A DNA stretch of 64,000 nt from a virus. Of this stretch, positions 26,139 through 36,300 are shown piece after piece (the first letter of the stretch is position 1; each line of letters opens with the position of its first letter). The notes below the pieces were generated by a model. The model saw nothing but the letters and a program-made list of their open reading frames with translations. It made no database searches and was not told where the DNA came from. The translations under genes were made by a program, and so were the position numbers. Location: positions 3,319-67,318 of IMG/VR virus record IMGVR_UViG_3300036790_000286. The stretch is one strand, 5' to 3'.

Positions 26139-28889
26139 GTGATCTTTGAGGGGAGCACACCACAGGTAACTCCGCGCTTCGGCAGCCTATGCCAGTGGGA
26201 TGCTCCTGTACTGCTCCCCCTCGGTCTCGCCCAGATCGTTCGGAACGGACGCTACACCGCGCAAGCGACAGCCTGCCGGTTCGGTCTTTCGACTCGGCTT
26301 GGATTCCAGCAAAACAACCCCATCTCCGGGCTGGGCTCCGTCCGCTATCTCTCCCCAGCCATCACCAATCAGGAAATCATCGAGCTTCTCGCGTATACGC
26401 AGACCGACGGCAATCTGTGGTCAGCGGTACCGTTTCAGCAAAACACCATCACTCAGCTCACGACGCCGGCATTCCTCGCAGAAGCCAATCTCGCCGCCAC
26501 CACAGGGCTGAACCCCACCATCACCCAGGCAGCCAACATGGGAGTCGTCGGCATGACGGATCTCGTTGTCGGTGTCGCTCCGGGGCTCATCTACGACCCG
26601 GAACAGGGAACGATCGACCAGATTTCCGATCAGCCTTTCGGCGCGGCATGGACGCCGAATACCCGCTACCGCGTAGGGCAGGTCGTGACCCCCAGCCAGC
26701 TTCAGACCTTCGGAATCATCGACAATCCCGGGACGTGGATCCCGCTCCAAACCGGCTATCTCTATCAGTGCATTCAATCCGGGATCAGCAGCGCGGCCAA
26801 TGCGCAACCGGCATGGCCAACCTCGATCGACGGCCAGGTGAACGACAATACCGCCAAATGGCAGGAATGTACGCCGATCGCGCTGGCCGGTCTGCCGGAT
26901 CCCGCCGCGCCCTCCAACCCCACCACCGCCAACGATGCAGGGTCGCCGATCGCCCCAGGAGCGACGGTGTATCTCGCATGCACGATGGTGAACGCGCAGG
27001 GGGAAGGGATCAACGAGCTGGTTGCACCGCTGGGTCCGAATGCCGGGCAACTGGATCCGACGCGGATGCTGGTCTGGAAGAACAACACCGCTAACGCTGT
27101 CGACCTCACCGTTGTTTTGCCTGCCATCCCAGCGATATTCGGCACGGCCGGGCCGCTCGGTGCAAACTTTGGCGCCAGCAAACTGAACCTGTACATGCTC
27201 ATCGTGCCCGGCACGCCGAACCAGGAACAGTACACCGATCCGAGTTTCTATGCGCAGGTCGCAGGAGGCCCCTTCGATCCGGGGGCCAGCGTAACGCTCT
27301 CGAACTACGCCACGGGGCAAGAGCTCCCGACGGTGAATACCGCTGTGCTCTCGCTCTCGCTCGGAAACGTTCCCACGGGCGTGCGCTACATGATCCAGCT
27401 CTTCGAGACGCGGACGGATTACCAAACCGGTTGGACGAACTCCACCCCCATCCGCATCAATGTGACGCAATCGGGCCAGCAGATCACCCTGCTCCGCGGT
27501 GTCGTTGGACCTTATAACTGCGAGGCGCGCGTCTTCGCGTTCACCGTCGCCGGCGCTTCTGCCGCAGGCCCGTACACCTACGTCGATCAGGCGGACATCG
27601 AAAGCCCGGGATTCAACCAACCGAATGTCAATATCACTGCCACCCGCATCCCGGACAACGTAACGACGACAGGCCTCTTCAACATCACCGATACCTATCT
27701 CCCCGGCGCGTCCGATGTTACTAACTACGCCAACCGCATCCTGATCCCGCCGTTTGTCGACGCCTACTACTCGAAGACTTTGCAATCTGTCGTCTATTCC
27801 GGCGCGCAGGGTTATCCGAGCACCCTCCTGATTTCGGACGTGGAGGACCCGCAGGCGGTCCGAATCCCCGGCTCGAACCTCGACGTTGCCATCAACGACG
27901 GTGACAGGGCGGTCTGCTACCGGGAGGTGCGCAACATCGGCATCTGCTTCAAGGAAAACTCCGGCCACGTCATCAATTCGAACGACGGAGACCCGTCGAC
28001 GTGGGCGGCAGACGAGCTCTGGCAGGGCATGGGGCTGGTCGGGCCGAAGGCGATTGCAGTTTCAGCCGAGGACAACAGCCAGTTCGCCGTGTTCGCGCAC
28101 CGCTCGGGGCTCTACCTCTATGAGGGCGGAGCGCCGAAACTCATCTCTCGCGAGATGTACACGTTCTGGAACCAGATCAATTGGGCCTACGGTCACCTGA
28201 TCGTGGTGAAGATTGACGAGACCCGCCGCCAGCTCCGCATCAGCGTTCCGCTCAATGGCGCGACCGCCTGCAATGCGGTCTTCACGATGTACTACTTTTT
28301 CGGCGTGGGAGATCCGGTGGTTTTCATCACGCGGACCGGGCATCTGGTGCCGAACCCGGATGGGCGCAAGTGGTCGGTGGATGACATCATCGCCCCCGAA
28401 ATCCTGTACGTCCCGCAGCGGTCGAAAGCTGAAGCGCAGCAGGCGGGGGTGGATATCTCTAACGAGATGATCTTCGCGTGCGCGGACGGAAGCCTGAAGA
28501 CCGTCACCGACAATCAGTACTATGACGAAGATTTCACGGGCGGACAGGTCGGATTCTTTGGGCAATGGATCGGCGTGCCGGGCGCGAATCCGAACCTCGC
28601 CGTGTTCGGGCTGGTGGGAGCGAGCTGCTCGGCGGTTGGCAGTGGGCTCATCAACGTTTACGCCGTCGACGACAAGTATGCGGTGACGGGAAAACTCTAC
28701 CCTCTCAGCAAACCCAACCGCCTCTGGCGTCTCACCGCGGCGGAGACGCAGCGAGACTTTGGCTCGATCGGGCATGAGGCGACGCGATGGGGCATCGGCT
28801 TTGACAACGGCGGAGTGGCCGGCGCGTGGTGGGAGATGCACACGGCTACTCTGTGGATCATCAAGAAGTGGTCGCAGAGGGCGGGGTAA
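26139..28889 (+). CDS. Tail nozzle/stabilisation protein (P22 gp10 / T7 gp12-like) with inserted CBM-like module
   Basis: 916 aa, beta-propeller-like C-terminal half; WTPNTRYRVGQVV...YLYQCIQSGIS...PAWPT...DNTAKW insert. Confidence 0.6.
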   Translation: MIFEGSTPQVTPRFGSLCQWDAPVLLPLGLAQIVRNGRYTAQATACRFGLSTRLGFQQNNPISGLGSVRYLSPAITNQEIIELLAYTQTDGNLWSAVPFQQNTITQLTTPAFLAEANLAATTGLNPTITQAANMGVVGMTDLVVGVAPGLIYDPEQGTIDQISDQPFGAAWTPNTRYRVGQVVTPSQLQTFGIIDNPGTWIPLQTGYLYQCIQSGISSAANAQPAWPTSIDGQVNDNTAKWQECTPIALAGLPDPAAPSNPTTANDAGSPIAPGATVYLACTMVNAQGEGINELVAPLGPNAGQLDPTRMLVWKNNTANAVDLTVVLPAIPAIFGTAGPLGANFGASKLNLYMLIVPGTPNQEQYTDPSFYAQVAGGPFDPGASVTLSNYATGQELPTVNTAVLSLSLGNVPTGVRYMIQLFETRTDYQTGWTNSTPIRINVTQSGQQITLLRGVVGPYNCEARVFAFTVAGASAAGPYTYVDQADIESPGFNQPNVNITATRIPDNVTTTGLFNITDTYLPGASDVTNYANRILIPPFVDAYYSKTLQSVVYSGAQGYPSTLLISDVEDPQAVRIPGSNLDVAINDGDRAVCYREVRNIGICFKENSGHVINSNDGDPSTWAADELWQGMGLVGPKAIAVSAEDNSQFAVFAHRSGLYLYEGGAPKLISREMYTFWNQINWAYGHLIVVKIDETRRQLRISVPLNGATACNAVFTMYYFFGVGDPVVFITRTGHLVPNPDGRKWSVDDIIAPEILYVPQRSKAEAQQAGVDISNEMIFACADGSLKTVTDNQYYDEDFTGGQVGFFGQWIGVPGANPNLAVFGLVGASCSAVGSGLINVYAVDDKYAVTGKLYPLSKPNRLWRLTAAETQRDFGSIGHEATRWGIGFDNGGVAGAWWEMHTATLWIIKKWSQRAG

Positions 28890-28892
28890 AGA

Positions 28893-30692
28893 ATGGCAAA
28901 CGTCCTCACTCTCGCGCAGCAGAACGCACTGGCCGCCGCCGCCGGCAACCCGCAACTGCTCGAACTGCTGGAATCTCTCGTCAACACGGTGGGCGCCACG
29001 CAACAGGCGACCAACACCACCGGCAAGAACGTCCCGCCGCAGGCCCAGGCCGTGGTCAGCTACCTGAAGGGCAACTATATTGTCCAGATCACCAACCCCG
29101 GAGCCAGTTCCCCTCTCAGCGCGATCCAGTCTGCGCAGGCAACCCAGAACGCCAACCAGGCCACGACCCTCCAGCCAGTCACGGCGATCCTTCACCAGAT
29201 CCGCTACGCCACCTCTCCCTCCTTCGGGGTGAATGACAACGTGCAGGTGCTGGGCGGCACAACCGGTTCGACCCAGACCTACTGGACCCTGACCAACCTA
29301 GGGAGCGGCAACTTCTATTTCCAGATTCGGTCCAGCTACGACGGGATCAACTTCAACCAATGGAGCAACGCCAACGGCGGTCAGTCGATCACGAGTTTCC
29401 CGGAGCAGGTCACAACCGAGCAGCAGACCAACTCCGATTGGGCGGTCTTCACGCTGCCGGGGGACCAGCTGGTTGCGGTCGGTGAGGGATATGTCCCGGA
29501 CCAGGGGACCTTCACGCTGCCAGAAAATCTCTACAGCTCGGCCATGATCGCAATCGCAGGCCCCAACGGATACCAGGACGTGGGACGCCACGTTGCCGAT
29601 ATCGCGAATTCTGACGTAACTATTCAGGTTCCACCGGATACCTCGGGGACGCTTGGCATTCCCGACTACCCCATCCTCGTGGCGCTGAAGTACGGAGATC
29701 AGAGTTTCCCGCAGATCACCTGGCCGGGGAACGCCAACATCTTCGCCATGGCCTACGATCCGGCGGGCAGCAACGTCACGCAATACCCGAGCGCGGATGG
29801 ACTCTCGTTTTGGGCAGTGTTTACGCTTCCCGGCGGCGCGCAACTGGCTTTCGGCCAGGGAATCACCCCCAACGCCGGCACCATAGAAATCCCGGCGGCA
29901 CTGAACTGGATCACGTTCGCAAAGATGCTGTCGGTGTGCTCCCCCCGAGGGAATGAGTCGAACAACAGCGCGCACGGGGTTTACGAATGCCAGCTCGCCG
30001 CGTCGGGCAGCGACATCATTGCGCAATGTCAATATAGCGACGGGACGAATATGTGGCCCGGGCACGCGAACTGGTTTGCGATCGCCACGAACCTGCCTCT
30101 CCAAACGCTGACAGACGGCAGCAAATGGCTGGTGGTGAACCTTATCGGCGGGAACCAGATCGCCTTCGGCGCCGGCCAGACTCCCAACGCAGGACAGTTC
30201 GAGTTGCCGAGTGGATTCAACAGCTCCCAATCCGTCGGCATCGCCTGTCCTGGAGGGTTCACCGACACCGGGAACGACATGCACGGCGTCGCGCAGTGTT
30301 TTATTGATGAGGGCGCGGTGGTCGGGCTCACCTACTCAGATGGGAGCGGAAACGTCTGGAGTGGGCCAGCAAACTGGATGGTCTTTGCCTGGACCCTCGC
30401 GGGTCAGACGCTTACACCCCCAACGCCCCCCGGGGTCATTGTCTATCTGGTGCCGAGCGGTGTTGCTCTGCCGACGGGCGGGGAGCAGCAGTTCACCGCC
30501 GTGGTCCAGAACACCTCAAACCATGCGGTGACGTGGGCAATTGACGGAATCGCGGGAGGCAATTCGAGCGTGGGGGTCATTGATGGGACAGGACTCTACA
30601 CCGCTCCGACGTCTCCGGGGAACCACACGATCACCGCTACCAGCGTGGCAGATCCAACCGCGATTGGAAGCGGCGGGATCCACGTCAGTTAG
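28893..30692 (+). CDS. Tail fibre-like protein with three tandem repeats and C-terminal Ig-like domain
   Basis: Three W-x-V-x-x-L-x-G...G-x-G-x-x-P repeats; QQFTAVV...VTWAIDG...GLYTAP...TITATS Big-like domain. Confidence 0.65.
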   Translation: MANVLTLAQQNALAAAAGNPQLLELLESLVNTVGATQQATNTTGKNVPPQAQAVVSYLKGNYIVQITNPGASSPLSAIQSAQATQNANQATTLQPVTAILHQIRYATSPSFGVNDNVQVLGGTTGSTQTYWTLTNLGSGNFYFQIRSSYDGINFNQWSNANGGQSITSFPEQVTTEQQTNSDWAVFTLPGDQLVAVGEGYVPDQGTFTLPENLYSSAMIAIAGPNGYQDVGRHVADIANSDVTIQVPPDTSGTLGIPDYPILVALKYGDQSFPQITWPGNANIFAMAYDPAGSNVTQYPSADGLSFWAVFTLPGGAQLAFGQGITPNAGTIEIPAALNWITFAKMLSVCSPRGNESNNSAHGVYECQLAASGSDIIAQCQYSDGTNMWPGHANWFAIATNLPLQTLTDGSKWLVVNLIGGNQIAFGAGQTPNAGQFELPSGFNSSQSVGIACPGGFTDTGNDMHGVAQCFIDEGAVVGLTYSDGSGNVWSGPANWMVFAWTLAGQTLTPPTPPGVIVYLVPSGVALPTGGEQQFTAVVQNTSNHAVTWAIDGIAGGNSSVGVIDGTGLYTAPTSPGNHTITATSVADPTAIGSGGIHVS

Positions 30693-30707
30693 GGCGGAAT
30701 AAAGATT

Positions 30708-31163
30708 ATGCCCGAGGAGCCTAAAAGCGATTCCGAGTCGTGGCGCACCTGGCGGCGAACCTCCCATGGTCTGACGTGGCGGGTAGCGCTGCCAGAGGAC
30801 ATGCCGGCAATCTGCCGGGTGTGGAAGGCGAAGGCGCGAATCATCGGAACCAAGGGACGGATGCCGGATCCATTCTCCTTTCCGGTTGTCATCACCCTGG
30901 TGGCGGAAGACCGCCGCGGCCGCGTGGTTGACGGCGTGTTTCTCGAGGCGGTAATCGACGTCACGAAGATGGGGGCTAACCCAGAGGGGTTTGCCTCGCT
31001 GGTGACGGTGGAGCGGGAACTTGCCGGATTCCTGAAATCACGGAAGTTTCGCCGGATAACGGCACAGATGCCGGAGCGGCTCGCGGTTCGGATGCAGGCG
31101 GGGCTGGTGCGCTCGGGTTTCCAGCAGCAGCAGCAACTGACCCTTTGGGACCGGTGGCTCTGA
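30708..31163 (+). CDS. GNAT-like protein between tail and ejection genes
   Basis: WRVALPEDMPAI...LVRSGFQ pattern; same position as small acetyltransferase-like genes in podoviruses. Confidence 0.5.
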   Translation: MPEEPKSDSESWRTWRRTSHGLTWRVALPEDMPAICRVWKAKARIIGTKGRMPDPFSFPVVITLVAEDRRGRVVDGVFLEAVIDVTKMGANPEGFASLVTVERELAGFLKSRKFRRITAQMPERLAVRMQAGLVRSGFQQQQQLTLWDRWL

Positions 31164-31170
31164 CCGCCTT

Positions 31171-31183
31171 ATGGTAATCTCTG
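31171..31183 (+). promoter_or_regulatory. Late promoter-like motif (7/8)
   Basis: Exact 13-mer, 6 nt before ATG 31190; no SD. Confidence 0.8.
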
Positions 31184-31189
31184 CGCGCC

Positions 31190-31756
31190 ATGGCGACAGG
31201 TGCATCGGATACCGATAAAGACCAGCTGAATATGTACAACGGCGTCGAATCCGGCGCCCTCGGGAATTACAACTCCGATATCGGTAGCTATAACTCGAAC
31301 ATCAATTCCACCCTCGCCGCAGGGAATCCCTACGCTTCCCAGCCGTACCTCGAAAACCAAAATATTGCCACCTCCGGGGCGATGAACGCCGCGAACACCC
31401 GGGAGGGGCAGCAGTTGCGTGACACCACCCGCCGGGCCGGCACGAATACCGCTGCCATCGCTGGCACGATTGCCGATTCGGCACGCACCGGCCAGCGCGA
31501 CCTCACCCAGTACAACGCGACCCAGGCGAACGAAAACGAAGACAAGTGGCTCAACGAGCAGCAGGGCCTGTTCCGCGATCAGCTGGCTGGGGCAAATAGC
31601 GAGGCGGGGGTTTACGGCACTGCAGTCGGCGGAGCAAACAACGCGACCTCCAACTACACGAGCGCCGAGAACGCACAGGACGAGATGTGGGGGCAGATCA
31701 TCTCCGCCGGTGAAGCAGGGGCTGGCGCCGGAGCTGGGGCTGCGTTCCATGGGTAG
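31190..31756 (+). CDS. Internal virion/ejection protein 1
   Basis: A/N/Q/G-rich with a GA-rich C-terminus; first of three genes of increasing size. Confidence 0.6.
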   Translation: MATGASDTDKDQLNMYNGVESGALGNYNSDIGSYNSNINSTLAAGNPYASQPYLENQNIATSGAMNAANTREGQQLRDTTRRAGTNTAAIAGTIADSARTGQRDLTQYNATQANENEDKWLNEQQGLFRDQLAGANSEAGVYGTAVGGANNATSNYTSAENAQDEMWGQIISAGEAGAGAGAGAAFHG

Positions 31757-31763
31757 AGGGTAG

Positions 31764-33344
31764 ATGCCATACGATCCCGAGGATGATGACGAGCAACCGG
31801 ACGGCGCAACCAGCGCATTCGTCTATGGCGGTGGGGGCCAGGACGGACAGCAGCAGGGCCGCGGCATGTCGGGTTACGACCCCAGCAATCCCAATAAGGG
31901 GCTGTCCCCTTCTGACCCGCTCTACATCCCGGCAGTAGCAAATCCGAATGGCGCGCGTCCGGCTCCGAGTGCGGCGCCGAATACAACGCCGCCGCTTCCA
32001 GTGGTGACCAGCGCGCCATTGTCATCCTCGAACGGCAACGACGACGACGCGCTCCATGCCCGGACCTACAATCCAACCCCGTTGCCTCCAATGCCGGCAT
32101 CCCGATACGCCGACGAGCAGCGGCTGGAGACGCAACTGGCGACACCGCCCCCGAACCGCGCCGACTACAAGCCGAGCATCGGCCGGCGAATCGGCGGGTC
32201 CATTGCGGCCGCGCTGGTGGGCATGGGGACCCACAATGCGGAGCAGGGCCTTCAGGTTGGAGAAAGCGCGATCGACGCGCCGTGGGATCGGGCCCAGGAG
32301 GCGTACCGGCAGAAACAGGCCCAGACTCAGCAGCAGCTCAACGCAGTGCGCGAGGGCGAAGACCTCGAGGGTCGTGAATGGGAGCGCGGACTTCAGCAGC
32401 ACAACGCCGGAGAATCCGACTACAACACCTCAGAGCGCGCATACCAGGGGCAGGTGATGGCCCGCGACCGCGCCGCGCAGGAGAAGCAGCGGCTACAGGG
32501 CGTCGCTCCCGGAACCGAGCAGCCTGATGATCCTCAGAACAAAATGGGCGGTTGGCACGCTACGACCGTGGGAGGGCAGGCGATCAAATTGAACGGACCG
32601 CCGGATTCCTGGCTGAAGACTCCTGAGGGGAAAGCTGCCAGCCAGGCCGCATCCGGCGACGCGCTGATTCGGAACCTGAAGGCGAACGGCACTCAGCTCA
32701 CGCCCGAGGATGAGAAATACATCCGGGTGAACGGAAAGCTCCGCGAACCGAGCCCGACCACGACGATTCACAATGAGCCGGCGGGAAAGGCGGAGTGGGA
32801 TGCCTATGTGAAATCCCTCGGCCATGACCCGACGACGCAGGAAGTCATCAACTTCAAGCGCAACGCCCCCGGAGGCGGAAGCACCGCGAACAAGAACCTG
32901 CTCGATCGCATCGAGAGCCAGAAGAACACTGCGATCAGCAAGGCGCGCCAGCAATACGGCCAGGGCAAGGACCCCAGCTACACGCTGGACGATTACCTCG
33001 ATGACTGGCAGGCCGCGCAGGACAACTATGAAGATCGACTCGGTACGACGACGGGGCAGAATATCCCCCATACCGAAGTCCGGGATCACGTCGACAGCAA
33101 AGGCGTTTGGAAGACGGACGGCAAGGGTGGAGCAGCCCCAGCGCCGCAACCCTCGGCTGCAGCGCCCGCGCCCCGCGCCTCCGGGCCTCCCGCTGGATCA
33201 GTCGTCAGTACCCCATCCGGCAAGCAGGTAAAGATCGGAGACCCTGTCATTGTCGGCGGCCAGCGGTACACCGTGACGGGCTACAACCCGCGCAGTGGAA
33301 AGCCGATCATCCAGCCAGCGCAGCAGCCTTCCGGAGCACAGTAA
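31764..33344 (+). CDS. Internal virion/ejection protein 2
   Basis: P/Q-rich, KPSIGRRIGGSIAAALVG segment, coiled coil. Confidence 0.6.
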   Translation: MPYDPEDDDEQPDGATSAFVYGGGGQDGQQQGRGMSGYDPSNPNKGLSPSDPLYIPAVANPNGARPAPSAAPNTTPPLPVVTSAPLSSSNGNDDDALHARTYNPTPLPPMPASRYADEQRLETQLATPPPNRADYKPSIGRRIGGSIAAALVGMGTHNAEQGLQVGESAIDAPWDRAQEAYRQKQAQTQQQLNAVREGEDLEGREWERGLQQHNAGESDYNTSERAYQGQVMARDRAAQEKQRLQGVAPGTEQPDDPQNKMGGWHATTVGGQAIKLNGPPDSWLKTPEGKAASQAASGDALIRNLKANGTQLTPEDEKYIRVNGKLREPSPTTTIHNEPAGKAEWDAYVKSLGHDPTTQEVINFKRNAPGGGSTANKNLLDRIESQKNTAISKARQQYGQGKDPSYTLDDYLDDWQAAQDNYEDRLGTTTGQNIPHTEVRDHVDSKGVWKTDGKGGAAPAPQPSAAAPAPRASGPPAGSVVSTPSGKQVKIGDPVIVGGQRYTVTGYNPRSGKPIIQPAQQPSGAQ

Positions 33345-33346
33345 AA

Positions 33347-36300
33347 ATGTCCACGCAAGCCGTCACCCTCGACCCGGGGGACGTTGAGGTACAGGGTGCG
33401 CAGAGCTCGGGCCAGCAACCAGTTTCCCTCGGCGCCGACGACGTAGAAATCGACAATTCAGCAGCCGAAGCCCACACCGCTGCGCAAACGCGCTCGGATC
33501 AGGCCATGCGAACTCTTGGTCAGGGAATGCTGGCCAATGAGACGGCCGCTTACCAGCCGCCGACGCTTCCGGCCGCCCCGAACCTGGGACGGCCGCCAGC
33601 GCGCCAGCCTTCTGTCGCGCAAACCGCGCTGAATGACACCACGCCGCCGAGCAGCCGATTCGTTACCCCGCAGCAGCCAGCCCCAACCACCTACCAGGAG
33701 GCGACTACCCAGGCCTCGACGCACAACGCCCCGGTTCTCTCTCCCGGGGAGGTTGAGATTATCGGAGGCCCGCGGAGCGCGGCCCAGATCGCCGGACAGA
33801 CCGACGTCCAGGAAGAACCCCTCGGCGCGGCCATCGCCGGGCCCGCACCCGGAACCCGCCCGATGAATCCTCAGGAGTCCGCGACCTACGAGAATAGTCC
33901 GCCTACGGGATTTGGAGCTGGACCGCAGCAGGCGGCACACGAGATATGGGAGGGTACCGGAGATATCGCGCGCGGCGCGGGATACGGCGATGACCTCCAA
34001 ATCGGTCCGCGTGATCCCTCAATGATGGCCCGAGGCGCAACCGAGACGATGCGTGGTGCCATGTACATGGGCACCCCGATGTTCGCTGAAGCTGCCGCCT
34101 CGGCTCCGGTCAAAGCCGGCCTGTCTTACCTGGCTGGCGTGGTGGGCGGAAAGGCAGCAGGGGCAGCGGCGAAGGCGGCCGGTCTCACTCCCGACGAGCA
34201 GGAATTCTGGAACACGGCTGGATTCTTCATCCCCAACGCGCTGACCGCACTGGCCGGCGTTCGGGGAGTGAGCGTTCAGGGACCAGACGGAACCGCAGGC
34301 AAAGGCTTTACGGCGTTCGGTGGCCGAGTGGGCGGAGGCGTCGCGACCTCTCCCGAAGCCGTCGGTGCCGGCGTGCGGGTCGGGCCATTCTCCGCTTCGG
34401 TGGTCAAGCCCCGCGACGCTGGCGTGCAGTTCTCCACGCAAACCCCGACCGCGTTGCCGGATCCCGCCGAGGTATTGCGCCAGCAGCAGAACGACGCATC
34501 GATGAGAGCCGCCCTCGCCGCGGACGCTCTGGACCAGGCGTCTTCGAACGTGATCAACGGGAAGCCTCCAGTCCCGCCCCAACCGAAACCGCCGATGCCG
34601 GCTGGGATGGATCAGGCCGTTCTCCACGCTGATACCGTGCAGCGAGTGGCTGGCGCCATCTCCATGGCCCCGCCGCAGATGCGTCCGCAGCTGACCATGG
34701 AGGCACACCAGAATCTCGCAAAGTGGATTGCCGAGAAGGGCACGGTCATGGGACCGGACGGCAGGATCGCCACGGCGAAAACCCCGGAGCAGGCCAGCGC
34801 TATCGCGGCGAAATGGATCAATGACGAGGTCGCGCGGCAGGACACGGCGCGAAATGAGGCGGCGAAAGCGCAGAAGGAAGCTTCCGCAAAAGCCGCCTCA
34901 AATCAGGAAGGAAAAAATGAAGTGACCCCGCCGCCGACGCTCCAGCAGCGGGCACAGACGGTGATCGACGCGAACGAAGCTCAAACCCCCGTGCAGGTCG
35001 CGAAGACGCTTTTGCGGCAGGTTGGGATTCCGTATTCCCAGGGGCTTGAGATGGTGAAGCAGGCCCGGGCCGGAAAAGCCCCCTCGATCGAGACGGCCGG
35101 AGAACCGGTGGCGCCGGAAGCCAAGGCGGAGATTGACGGCAAGGTTGACGACCTGAAGGCGGGCAACGTGAAAGCGGTCCTGCTACCGGAGGGATCTTCT
35201 TACATCCCGACGCTACCGGAGGGAATCAAGCGGGTCGACGTGCGGCAGGGGCCGGGCGCTGGAACGTATCTATATGATCCGCAGGCGATCAGGGCGGCCA
35301 CGATCAAAGCCGCCGCGAAGGCTGGTACCCACGAGGACCTGCTCGCGCCGAATGAGAATCCGGTTAAACAAAACGAGCCAGAATCTTTAACAGAGCCGCC
35401 CGCTGTTAAACAAGAAGTTGCGTCTTCTTTGGCGCACGACGGCGATCCCCTTACTAGAGAAATAGAGGACAAGAATAACCTCCTTGCTTTTCAGCCGATA
35501 CACCCCGACGATGTCCCTCCCGGGGCTAAACCAAACGAAGACGGAGAATTCGTTCTCGAAGTCATGGAGGAACCGACCGCCGGCAAGCTAGGAAAGATCA
35601 TCGTTGGTCAAGTCAAGGAAGGCGCGCAACGGGGCAAATTCGTTCTCGGGAACCCCGTAAGGAAAGCGAAAACTACGGTTGGCGCTTCTGTTAAGCCACC
35701 TGCTCCGGAGCGCCGCCAGGACACCGGCCAGCGCCAGCGCGTGGCGGAGATGTCGCCCGAGGACATGCGCCGCACCCTGCTCACCAGCGACAAGACCGGC
35801 CTGCCCAACCGTCGTGCCTTCGATGAAGCGGAGCACGGGCGGTCCGCCCCGGCGGTCGCCATGAGTGACGCCGACGGGCTGAAGGCCCTCAACGACAAAT
35901 TCGGATATGCCGCCGGCGACGCCCTGCTCAAAGCCAAAGCTGAAGCCCTCCAGGCCGCAGGGCTCGAGGCTTACCACGACAAAGGCGACGAATTTCTCTA
36001 CCGCGGCGCGTCTGCCAATGAGATAAAGGGAAAGCTGGAACGGGCGCGTGAGATCCTGCGCAACCGGACCATTGAGGTAGAAACCACCGACGGAGAGACC
36101 CTTCGGTTCAAAGGAGCAGATTTCAGCTATGGCACAGGCGCAAACCTCGGAGAATCCGAAACCGCCCTCAAGTCCCACAAGTCCCAGCGCGAAGCCAGCG
36201 GAGAGCGGGCCCGTGGGGAGCTTCGAGGAATTACTGAAGTTGGACCCGAAAAAGGTGAAGTCGGTGAAGGTGCTGCCGCCGGGAGCCTAGCCGCCCGAGG

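Noticed and set aside
5923-31183. ATGGTAATCTCTG as a conserved translated N-terminus (MVIS)
   Set aside because: It is in frame with the downstream gene at 18415 but out of frame at 12918 and 31171 (19 nt), so it is treated as a DNA/RNA motif.
33107-33346. Track start of the giant ORF (4,177 aa)
   Set aside because: It overlaps the previous gene by about 240 nt; ATG 33347 directly after the stop is more plausible.
34905-34925. AGGAAGG...ATG AAG TGA mini-ORF in the giant gene
   Set aside because: Only two codons; at most a relic of a gene junction.
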